Of a DNA stretch of 64,000 nt, positions 27,801 to 39,619 are shown piece by piece. Positions within the stretch are counted from its first letter, which is position 1; each line of letters begins with the position of its first letter. The notes under the pieces were generated by a model that saw only the letters and a list, made by a program, of their open reading frames with translations, was not told where the DNA came from and did no database searches. Where the stretch lies: the NCBI GenBank assembly GCA_002189035.1, contig CM007991.1:5208001-5272000 (forward strand). The letters run 5' to 3'. The position numbers were made by a program, and so were the translations under genes. The stretch is from Utricularia gibba. Lineage: Eukaryota > Plantae > Magnoliophyta.

Positions 27801-30130
27801 TTATGTTTTATTGTGGTTTAGGTTAGGTATATGTGGTTTTTCAAGTTTTATGTGTGTTTATGTTAAAAAGTGGACTAAATCCTTTGATTTAGTCCACCGC
27901 CTTTATTACTAATGTTTGACCGAGTTCAGCAGGAGACTAGCAGAAAAATCAGACTCACAAACGTGTAGAATAAGTAGAAAAGGGCACAACAGCCGAAGAG
28001 GGACAATGAGCATTGTTCTGCCACCTACAGTCTACAAGTTCAAGCCGAGAACAGTGCTAGTGTCAGGAATAGTGAGTTGGAGTAAAGGAAGGAAGATATT
28101 TTTCGAAAAGGGGGAGGAAGAGCGAGCGGAGAGCGAAGGGAGCATATGGATGCAAGGGGGCTTCTCCTCCAACCCCAACACAACCAGGAGAGGAGAAGAA
28201 GAACTTCATCCTCTAGAACAGTATCGGAGTCCAATCAAGCGCTACTATTCCGGCCAGGGAACAGTAGCAGACGGAAACCAAAACTCTTACTGCTTTATTG
28301 TCATTGGTTGATGTTTTTCAGTTTCTACACTCAACTCTTTCACAATGTTCTTGACATTTTCGTTGTTTTATATTAATGTTATCATGTTTTACCTTCACAA
28401 TATGAGTAGCTAGAACCCTAGGGATATCTTAAGGTAAAGCATGGTGGTGTGGATTTAGGATTCTTGATAAAATTCATTATTGTTTCTTAGTTCTTGTTTC
28501 TATCATTCCATGGGTAGACCTAAGGAGGAGAACAAGTAACTTTGCAACTAAGAAGCTTAGTTTAGAGGTAGACCAACAAATCAAGGCGAGCGCAATAGGT
28601 GTTAGTCCGGGTAGAACCAGTAGAACTGCGTAAACCTAGTTCTATACACTTTGCATGTAGGTAGACCTAATTATAAGGTTGGTGATGATATTAGGGACTA
28701 GCTTAGCCAAAAATATGACAAATAACCTGTGTAGACTTAGGTTATTTGAAGTTGTGAGTGTAGGAACATGATAATTTAAGTTAAACATTTTAGCATCACA
28801 CTACCTACAGACCCTTAAGGCATCTTCGTATTATTCTGAGTTAGAACCAATACTTGTTACCTTTCGTATTTAAACCTGATTTTGTTTACTGAACTTACTT
28901 GTCACTACTAGTCCGAGCCTAGACTAAGATCTACTATTATCCCGAATTATGCATCTATTAAAACACTTAGCAAGCACAAACTCTTTGTGATTGACCTCGA
29001 ATTCCACTGTACATTTGTGTTTAATTTGTATTTTGTGAGGATTAGGGACTATAAATTTATTTGATATGGAGATTCGCTTTATTTGCAATGACATTACTAA
29101 AATTTCCGTTTATCAACCCACAAGTAAATATTTCAACGATTGAGTTGAGAAGCAAGATGAAATTGATGGAAAGAGAAGTGATCCTACCCCCAAGTCAACT
29201 CAGTGAAGAACTCATTCAAGAAACAAGCCAAGAAGAAGATATTGAAGAAGATACTAGCAAAGGATAGTCTAAACACCCAACCATTGAAGAGCATCGAGGT
29301 AAAGGTGACTCAATCCCCATTCCCACGGAGATTGAGGAATAATGCAAAGAAAGCTGAAGCATAGAAAATCATTTGTACCTTGAACTCAACTATGGTGACA
29401 ATGAAGGCAATTAATTATTTGAAACAAGTGCCAAGAGAAATTAAAATTTTGAATGAATTATGATCGAATTCGAAAGTTGCTCTCACTGAAGGAGAAGACA
29501 TGAAGATTAGTGCAAGTATTACTGCTCTAATTCACAAGGGACTTCCCATTGAACGTGGAGATAGAGTTACTTATTATATTTCTACCAAGATTAGAGGAAG
29601 GGAAATCCCGAGGGTCATGGCCTATCAAGGAGCAATGATCAACATGATGCCACTGGATGTCTACATGTTTCTTGAACTCGAACCCTTGAGAAAGACTAAT
29701 ACAAGATTGATTCTCGCAACAAGAGTGACTACCATTTTGAAAGGAATTGCTGAGGATATGTTGGTGCAAATATCAAAGACCTTGTACTCAGTTGATTTTG
29801 TGGGGGTGAAGATGCCTCCAATGAAAGTAGATGAGAACACCATTATTCTTGTAAGGCCATTCTTAGCCACAGCTGATGCACACATTAGATGCAAAAAGGG
29901 TAAAATGACTTTATGATATGAAGACAATTTTTTGACTTTTGTAGTTGGCGAACCTAAAGCTGGCATGTACAGAGTTGGATAGTGATTGAAGAAGAAAATG
30001 TCGAAGAAAGTGTTGGCGATGACCAAAGAGACATTATAGATGATTTGGCAAAATAAGTCTACACACAAGAGACGATAGAATATGTCATCATGGCAGAGGC
30101 GGATGAAGAAGCAATTTTTATACCCGGTTG
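24830..30130 (+). mobile_element. Degenerate Athila-like element(s): 3' UTR/LTR fragments, PBS-like site, gag and protease remnants
   Basis: CTCGAGGACAAG motif at ~25277; gag peptide KYFPFTKAEELRRRIADIHQ...EYWDKF (27142); protease peptide QGAMINMMP...DFV...IILVRPFLATA (29500); multiple stops. Confidence 0.8.
27760..29115 (+). mobile_element. Solo LTR (1356 bp) with perfect 5-bp TSD ACCCA
   Basis: TGATGACACAC...TTTATCA flanked by ACCCA at 27755-27759 and 29116-29120. Removal restores host gag QPLVNPQVNISTIELRSK. Confidence 0.9.
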
Positions 30131-30269
30131 GATGTCAAAAGATCTATGACCTACACTTGCTACTATTACATTTATTTTTAGGTCAAACATGAATGAATTT
30201 CATTTTCAACTTATAAATGTTTTTGATACAAATGATCTCAACATCTAAAGAAAATATTGTTTATCAAAT

Positions 30270-30600
30270 GGTGTCATTGGTGTGGAACTAGATGCTTTTT
30301 AGTTGCTGAAATTAATGCATTTGCATTTTTTTGTAGGTGGAACACTTCACTAGATCCGAAGATTGAGAAGATTGTAAGGGAGCCACAAGAACGTGCCAAG
30401 AAGAAATAGCATCAAGTGATAAAAAAGGCTAGAAAAAGGAGTTGCTACATGTAACTCAATCATAGATGCAAATGAAGTAGAGAATATGATTATTCAAATT
30501 ATTCTTATCCTAGAATGTGCATCAATTTTCGTGAATATGGTGCTGCGTTTGTAATCTAACAAATATTATTAATATTTTTTTGAAAATTTTAGGGAAACAA
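30270..30600 (+). mobile_element. Second Athila-like PBS/gag-start fragment
   Basis: Parallels 26770-26990; encodes ...DPKIEKIVR; stops about 700 bp from the transporter stop codon. Confidence 0.5.
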
Positions 30601-31296
30601 AGAGGATTGGCATTTAGATGAATTCTCTTGTTCATCAATCCCATCGATGGTACCTTGAATGGATTCTCTTGTTTTGGGAAAAACTATCTTACATAGCTGA
30701 ATTGAACCACCACCGCTCGCTATCGTGCAGCTCTGAAATCGCAACATCTGTGTACTGTGTTTCCACTCTGTCTACCAATCAATCAGAACTAGTTTCTTTC
30801 CTTTTTTTTTTTTTTTTCTTAACATAGAATTCATTTTATTCTAAGGACCATGCATTTAAGGCCCATGTCGGTCCAGAATCCTTAGTTTGGTCCACAGAAT
30901 TCATCAATTGACCATTCAGGAGAATCTTAGGAACCCATAATCGTATTATTATTTTTCTTTTCCCAAAAGATGTGTTTTTTTGCACTTGCGAGATGATTGA
31001 AACCGACAACCCCAAAACCAAATCAGCTCCCTTAACGCATATATGTAGTATACCTGTGAGGCTTGAAGAATGGATGCGATGCTGCAACAGGAGGTAGGAT
31101 GAAGAAGGAATGCTAATAGATACAAGGAATTGCAAGCCGACTTGAGACTCGTGCACGCTAACTGTAGCAAACACATTTTGCGATGACCAAATTCCTTTCC
31201 TTCAAACCTGTGAATAATTCATCAAGGATGTTCAAAGAATGGAAATGAAAATGAAACGCAGCAAAAAGTAACATTTGTTAGATTTGTTCATCGGAT

Positions 31297-33576
31297 TCAA
31301 CCACTGCGACCACTTTGTTGCGTCCGACCGATGTGCGATAGACGTCCAGAGGACGAAGGGATCAGGGGTGCCTCTTCATCTACACTCAGGTTTGAAGCAG
31401 AAGAAGCATCGTTCCCTTCCCCACTGCTGCTTCCGTCCGGCCGGTATACATCCGATGACTTCTTCTCCAGCTTCCACTCCTGCGGTAGCAACCATAGCCA
31501 TCACTCATCCATACTATATACTGAGTAGCACGACCCTATCTAAATTCCTTCCTTCCTTCCTACCTTGTTGGGGATAGCTTCAGAGGCCTGTAATGAAGTG
31601 CGGGCATCCCTGACCTTGAGGTAATTGTACAGAACCACACCACAAAGAGCTGTAGAGGGTTCCCACAATCGGAGTAAGAGGTGGCTTGTGGAAAAAGAAA
31701 AGCTTACAGGTTTCGCTGCACCGCTTAACATACAGTAGAATAAAAAAAGAGGAGCAAAACTTTACCAATGGCGTATCCAATGATGTTTAGACCAGTAATC
31801 GTCGATTCTGGGAAGACCACAGTTGAAAGAGCTATCAAGATCCAGTCTTTCAAGACGCCAGCCACCCTAACAGTCACAGCTCCGGTTCTACCGATCACTA
31901 GGAATATTGAAAAGTTCAACACCAGAGCACAAACGGCATTGGAGAAAAAGATCCAGAAGTTGAACTGAATCTGAGAGATGTCCATCCCGGGCTTTTCAAG
32001 AAAGTACCAGGGAAAGAAAAGAAAGACAAAGCTGCATTTTTTGACATGTAGGGACATATATTAGTAGATGTGGGTAACTAAGAAGATGTAGCTAAACACA
32101 TAGATGTGTCCAACACAACACAATTCAAAGGCAACAATTTAACTCTATCCCTCATATTAGTGTGTTCGCTGTGGGAACATAGAAAAAAAATGACAATGGT
32201 TCCAATACCTGCATGGGGCAATATAATATAAGCTTGTGATTGGATTCAGGGCTAATCCCTTCTTCTGTAATAGAACTTGGGTCAAGACCAGTCTCAGAGC
32301 TTCTGCGAATATACCTGTAACTTGGTAAACTGTTCCGATCACATTAAAATGAATTTCCCCATACGAGGATACAACGACCCCAACACTGACCAGCACCATA
32401 TTCAAGAAGACATCCCATCTTAGTGCATCAGTACCAGACAGAACAGCCACCACAAACGTTGCCACTGGCACTGCCCAGTCAGTGTCAAGCATGTAGATGA
32501 TTAAAAAACGGTTCCAATTGGAAATTAAATGACAACAAAAATGTTTCACATACTAAGGGCTTTTAGCATCTGAATAAACGCCACAGATATGTGGAGATAA
32601 GCTGTGTTACCAAACCTGAGGCATCATTTAAGTATTGGTTAAACTAAGAGTCCCAAAACTGACAGGTAAGCAGATTTATCCTATGCATAAAACTCAACCT
32701 ACATAACCATCCCTATAAGGCTCTCCAATAGAGTAAATGCAAACGAACAATTAGATATCAAAAACCTTAATCCTTATGTTTTTTGTGCTTTAGATGATAA
32801 CTATTCTTATTTATGAACCAACAGCTAAGACATTCAGCCGATACAGTTGGTACAAGTATTGCATCATTCAAAGAACTCAATCAGGAAGATATCCAGTATT
32901 ATGTGCCTCAACAGCACAACTTGCAAGGTGGGACTGGAACATACCAGAGACTAGATGCGAAAAAAGCACTTATTGGTATCACGCAAGTGGCATATCTGTG
33001 ACATATCACAGACAATAAGAAAAAAAAACGAAATGGAGAATAAACCATCACTAACAAATCTAAGGAACTCCCTTACATGCGAAATGTCATTTTTACTGGC
33101 GATACAACCTGCAGAAAAATCAGGTGTCAGCTGTCAAAAGCATATACCTTCTGTAGATAAAAATATTATGACAAATCAAATCGTCTGTAAACTTGAGATA
33201 GAGACAAGATTATGCCCTCACGAAAAAAATCAACCTGCTTTTTTTTTCTCAAACTGAAGTATAAAAAAGTATAGGAAACGAATCAGCGGGAGCAAGATTT
33301 TTACCTTAAAAGCTCGAATAAGCAAGAATGCTACTGAACCAGAAAATGCCATATGTATCATTGTGAGTGTTATAGGAAAGGGAAAATTGAAATATTTAGG
33401 AGAGAGCACCCACTGCGAACAGCAAGGAAAACGTTAGTCTGCAGTAGTAGAATATGATTTAGTATAGAAGTTCCATTGAAGAGAAGCGTGACCTTGTTGT
33501 ACAGGATAACTCCAGATGATAGCGTAACGTAGATTAGGAGGTAGAAATACGTCAACACTAATGCCTTAGTAATCAT
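31297..33576 (-). CDS. TPT-domain (PF03151) nucleotide-sugar / probable sugar-phosphate translocator, At3g17430/At1g48230-like, 377 aa
   Basis: Exons (minus) 33576-33493, 33412-33305, 33108-33077, 32995-32945, 32615-32554, 32470-32209, 32031-31766, 31649-31564, 31479-31297; total 1134 nt, in phase. Motifs SSGVILYNKWVLSPKYFNFP, FIQMLKALMP, EALRLVLTQVLLQKKG, GAVTVRVAGVLKDW, C-terminal DEEAPL...RLSHIGRTQ. Confidence 0.95.
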
Positions 33577-36500
33577 TTCTCTAAAGCGCCTTATCTCTCC
33601 GAAGCTGTTAATGCTTGAGGTCACAAATCCTTGTAGAAGAACAAATCGGTGAATGCCACAAGTGTGACAAGGGAATCCGGGAATGCAAACAAATGATGGG
33701 CAGCAAATCCCTTCAGGAACTATATATGTTTCTTATCGGGGTTCCAGAATGTTGAGCGACTGTTTGGGGATCTTATCATAAAATGCAACGAGTTACTGAA
33801 GCACATGGGAAGAGCAGATATCGACGTCCATGGTTCTCAAACTGATGGAGAAAAAAACTCGTTTCAAGAAAAGAATCCGAGAAGAAGCGAGGTGCGACAA
33901 CAGCAAAAGCATCACATGAATTCGGTTGAAAACGAAGTTTCACAAAATGACATGATGAACTTAAAATGATAGGAAATCAGCATGAATCTTGCACCGCACA
34001 CCACCACGCCGACGGCGGAAGACGGGAAGCGAAGAAAAGCGGCCACAAGGAGGTTGGGGGGATTACTGTGAGAAGACAAGGCAGTTTTACGGCAAAGCCA
34101 ATCTGGCGAATTAGTATTCACTTCAATACATTGAAGGCCGATAATAAATAAGAAGAAACCGAGCAGAGGAACGACGGTGGATTACATGGAAACAGGAAAT
34201 GAATGAGGCATTAAGCAAGCAGTAAGTGTGGAGTATGGACTATGGAATCCCCTCCCTCCCTGAGTTGCAAGTGCAACTACTTCAATCCCCGGTGGTGGGC
34301 CTTCTTCCTGGAGCAACAAAGCAATAATAAATTTTTATGGGCCTTGGGGCTGTGTTGTGTTACCTCCCCTCACAACTTTCTCTTCAACATGGGATGTAGC
34401 TGCTGCAAAATGCAAATGGGAGGGCCTGCAATTGCATCACCAACTCACTCTCTCCCAGGTCCGGTAATTTTGAGATGATCCATCCAAGAGAAGCTGTTGG
34501 AAAAAGGAATGGAACAAATTACTGCTTTCTATCCACATCATACGCCAGCCGTAGGATGGGCAATGATGATGTGAGCGAAACAAGGAAACGGCATTTGCCG
34601 ACTGGACTGGAATTAACCTGGTCTGGTCTGGTCACCTATTCTGCCAAGGGGAAGGGGGGAAGGGAAGGGCGTTGGGGATTTAATCAATGCCATCTCTTTC
34701 AGGGAGTCATTTTCACATCCCAATCCTGCAACAAACCCATCCCATCCCATCCCATCCCATCTGTACTCCTCCTCATATTGATATTACAGCCGAGCCTACA
34801 GGTCTACAGCACCAGAACCAACGCCTTCTGCCTTTCTCAATTTCCGCCCCCGGGCCCAAGTTTCCACTTGTTCTGCAGGAAATAAAAAAAAGAGTCCAGG
34901 ATTCTACTAGAAACTGCAAGGGGGAGGGTGCGTACACATCGGGTAGTTTTTTTTGTTGCAGAAAAGAACTACCCGATAGAGCCACCGTGTTGGGGAGTTT
35001 TTTTACTTTATACCCACTTTTTTTTATTCCCATTTGTAAAGTACTATTGGTATGTGAGAAAAGTATCAATCTTCTAAAAATTAATTTTTATTTTATTCTA
35101 TTTTATTTAATTTGTATTAAATAAAAGCATATATATCTATTTTATCTACATGAATGATGATATTGATTTTAATCTTTTTTATTTATTTATTTTATTATGT
35201 AAATTTGATAAATGATGTGAAAAATATTAATTTATACTAAATATATGATAATTAAATGTAAAGCATATATCTTTATTCATTAATAGAATTTTTTATTAAA
35301 ATAAATCTTTTTTAAAAAAACTATTAATCAAATGATTCAATTTTGGAATTGTGATCAAACTAGCTTTTTTTTGTTTATTCTTTTATTAAGTATTCATGCT
35401 TTTAATTCATATTATATGATATTATATTTTGTATAATAAAAAACAGCTATTATATTAATGAATAACGATATATGTTTTACATTTAATTATCACATACTTT
35501 AGTATAAATTAATATGTTCCACATCATTTATCAAATTTACATAGTAAAGTAAATAAAAAAATTAAAATTCATATCAGCATCCATATAGGTAAATGGATTT
35601 ACATGCTTTTGATTTAATACAAATTGAATAATAAAATAAAATAAAAATTAATTTCATGAAGATTGGTACTTTTATTACATAGTAACACATAATGGATACT
35701 TTACAAATGAAATGGAAACGTAATAAGTAGAAAAGTAAAAGATTCCCGTGTTGGAGGTGTTTTATAAAAGTAAATATTTCTCATTTATCTCTCACACACC
35801 ATGTCCAAAAATTTACACATAGCATGGGTATTTTTTTCACACATTGTTTTCACAGTATTTTCCAAAATGACTCCATGTTGATATTGGATAAAATGAGTGA
35901 AATAACCTATTTTTTTACAAAAAAAATCATCCGCTGGTGGTGTTGATGTCCAGCTGTGTCAGCAATTAGATTCCCTCGCAGTACTGTCATTAGCATTAAT
36001 TAGTGCACCGAAAGCTCTGGCTCGCCTCGCCTCGCCTCGGTAATTACCCATGAAACTACCCACAGTTGGTGTGTGACCTGACCGGATGCGGCAATTCGGA
36101 CGAGCGATTGGTCGATTTCACTCAATCTACTACTATCATTGCATTGCATTGCATTGCATTGCATTATCGGAGATTAAATTATATATTCTATAGGGAATAT
36201 GGGTTAAACCAGCCCACCAAACATATGTTTAATGCTTTCTTTCCTACGCTTGAATACCGCATTTTATATATCCATGCAACACGAAGATTGAGACCAAGAA
36301 AAGGGGACCAGCAACTACCTTATCATTTTGTTGAACAATAATTTTTCAAAACCAGTTTCACAAAAACTTCACCAATGTAAAAACTTATCTTCATGTGTTT
36401 ACATAAATCCCCTTTGCAATATAGAACAGAATATCAAAATTTTATTCTATACTTATTTTATGGATTTGAATCAAATTATTTATTTAAATATTATGATATT

Positions 36501-37494
36501 TTATTTAAATCTTCATATGGAACTGGAACATAAAATCTTCATTTTTCTGCAAGCGTTCTCTTGGATTCAAATTCATGCTATATCAAATTCTTAAATTGAT
36601 TTAAAAAAATACGAAAAATTCATAAAATATATTTTGAAATAATTTATTTAAATACTATTGTATAAAGATATATCACCGATGTGCGACTTAACAAAAGCAA
36701 TCCACATCCAAAATGATATCCCTTCCGTTTACCAAAATAAGTAACTTTGGAATTATAGAAAATATTTTTTTTAAAAAAAACTCTAATAAATGCCCATAGT
36801 TAGAGAATCCATTTATATATTTTTTCTTCTTATCCATTCCAATAAAAACTACAATGGTAATATTCAAAATATATAAGATATATTTTTCTTTAGTTTTTAC
36901 ATAAACGAGAATTCTCTCTTTCCTTATTTTTTTCATAATTTTAAGTTCCATAATTACAAGCATGACAAACAGAATTTTTTTTATTTATTTTTCTATGCAC
37001 AGAGACACTCAATGTTTTCTTATGTTTTCAAATTTACAATTACAAAAAATTTGTTCTTACATTTGTTATTCAATGTGACAGATAATTATAGAAGATAACA
37101 ATATCCATTGATATATCATACGTGTGAATGGGACACTAAACAAATTTCGGAAGAACAAGTTCAATGTGTTCCGTTCTAAGCTTTTGTGCTGAACATAAGA
37201 ATTTTAGGTGTGGGTTGAAATTATCAATTCCATCATTCATGAACTATGTACTCTGTTTATTACATGTTCCCTTATTTCATTTGATATTCCCTTTTAATAT
37301 TGATGTATTGTTTGGTATTACAAATTGTTTGAAAGTTGTACAAAAAACACTTGCAGATATTACCAAACGCAAGAGTCAAAATGATATCAGGTTTCAAGAG
37401 AGTTATATGAAAATTTTTGAACTAGTTTTGTATGGATCATGATACTATAAAATGTGAGGATTAATATATTTAGACATCTTTTGAACTCATAAAA

Positions 37495-39615
37495 TGTTGG
37501 AAAATGAATGGATATGATTATATTTCTCAAGTCCATCAAAGTTGTGGGTTTGTATTTCATATAAACTAGTTGAAGACCTCTTCAACTAGCAATGTGGGAT
37601 AGCAAGTACTTTTTCAATACAAGAATTTCCAACAATTCCCCACATATTAGAGAGGAGGTAAGTCCTGCAAACTCTAGTATTTAGAGAGAGTTATCTTTCA
37701 GTTATGAACTAATCTCTTGATTGCACTACACATGTGTCACTAAAAAATTGTATTTCTATGAATCAAATATTATTTTGTGATATAGAAATATAGTCAACCA
37801 CATCAAGTCCAACTCCACAATTATTGACTGTTTAACACTCAAATGCACCCATAACCTAGTGCAGTTCTTGTTAATTCCTAATTGCTCTAGAGATCACATA
37901 TATCTCAAAGGAGCGAATATCCTCTACACTTATAGATGTATTTACCTGACACACCCTACTCGATGACCACTGGCCTAGAGTTGTGTTCTCAGAACTAGTA
38001 GTGACTTGTTATTATCCATATGAATTTGATCATGGTGTTTCTCTTCTCATAGGTTGGGTTACCATCACTGCCATTTGCTTATTAGCATTAGTTCTATTCC
38101 CCTTTAAAGCTCACATATCTTCTCTCTAATGAGAGGTTAGGTCAGTGGATTGGCTAAATTCACTAATGTTCTCACGTATTCAATGGATATCACACTGGTT
38201 TTTAATAACTATCTCAATGTTCCATGCCTCAGTCACATGTGTATATTTCTTCCATTATAGAATCGATTCTTGGCAATGACAATCGTTGCATGAAAATCAT
38301 AGTGCAACATCATTAAGGATGTGTTGCCTAAGTGGGATTCCCATCACATAGTTTCTCAACCACTCGGCCTCAAGTTCTACTAGATCCAATGTAGTGAACT
38401 CTCCTTCCATTGTTGATCTAGCTATCAAGGTATGTTTAATGGATTTCTAGGACATAGCTCCTGATAAACGAAAAATTAAGCAATGTCGTTAAATGCAAAT
38501 TTTCCTATCAAATAAATTTATAACCTAACCCACATTCAAGCATAAAACAATTATGAGCATAGTGATTAGGGTCGAACACGAAGAGTAGGTGCTTGTCAAG
38601 TGATTAGCCAAAGCATTAAATCAGTGTCACGTTGGTAAATTGGTCTTAACTAGGACTAAGGCAGAATTAAAACGAAATACAGTAAAGAAAATTAATAAGT
38701 TCTGGAGCTTGATTGTTTTCTGGAATGAAATGAGTGATGCCTTGGGACTCCTAGGGGATGTATGCCTATCACTAAACAAGCTCACATAAATAAAAAATCA
38801 TATAACTAACTCACAAGATCTAGGTCTACCCCGATTCTTGTTTTTCCCCCTAATATTTTGTCTACCTCTAATTAGGGTTGTTAGTTGGGTTTCACTACCT
38901 CCCCCTCCTGGATCTATCCTGGTTTGCTAAGGAAGTAGTGTGACTTATGATTTATTAGGTCTAAGGATGGATTAGCATGTTTCTCCCCTCTTCACCCCAA
39001 GGCACCCCCCTCTAAGTGCTTAGCTACTCATGGTAATGGAAGGTAAAACATCTTCATAGCATATACTAAGCAACATCCTCGCTACAAATGCTAAACAACA
39101 ACGAGCAATATGAAGCAAAAGTAGGACAGACACTTCGTTCACACAGGAAATCCAAATCTAGTCTTAGCTAGGAACAGTAAACATGAAGAACGAAAATAAT
39201 TTTTCAAGAGAAGCTGTGTTCTTCTGGTTCGTCGTCCCCTCCTTCTTCTTTCTCCAAAAAAATCTCCAGAAACTTGTTCGTGAGTCTCCAAGGGGAGATC
39301 TGCCTTCTCTCTCCAACTTTCCCTCCTTTTGTCCAAAATCTCCCTTTTTTCCCTCCTTGGATTTTGTGTGTACCAATTTGCAGACTTTTGGACTCATCTT
39401 CTGCCATTACACTGTGCATACTCAGCTCCTCTACTTAATGTGAAAATCATTCCACTTGTAGCCTTTAGCTCTTGTGTCACAGATACACAACTAGTATCAC
39501 TGTATTCCTCCAATACAATCTGTTTTCTATAGTATTGAATGCCATAGTCAAGAGTCCCTTTGAGATATCTCACTAACCACCTCATAAGTGACCAATGGCT
39601 CTCATTTGGGCATCT
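37495..39615 (-). mobile_element. Ty1/copia 3' half: RT end, RNase H, PPT and 140-bp 3' LTR (37495-37634)
   Basis: HW...RYLKGTLDYG...YSD...ATSGMIFTL...GA then KSIKHTLIARSTMEGEF...EAEWLRN. PPT GTGGGGGAA precedes TGTTGGAAA...TTTCCAACA. Confidence 0.85.
38462..39424 (-). mobile_element. Solo LTR (963 bp, gypsy-like) with perfect TSD GCTCC inside copia RNase H
   Basis: TG at 38462, CA at 39423-39424; GCTCC at 38457-38461 and 39425-39429. Confidence 0.9.
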
Positions 39616-39619
39616 TTGT

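Noticed and set aside
27916-28376. Similar 120-130 aa ORFs inside LTR copies (also 43557-43922 and 17127-17321)
   Set aside because: Frames and strands are not preserved between copies; explained by GA-rich LTR sequence.
33577-33624. 16-aa N-terminal extension of the transporter in the ORF track
   Set aside because: It starts at GTG, not ATG, and homologous proteins begin near MITKALVLTY.
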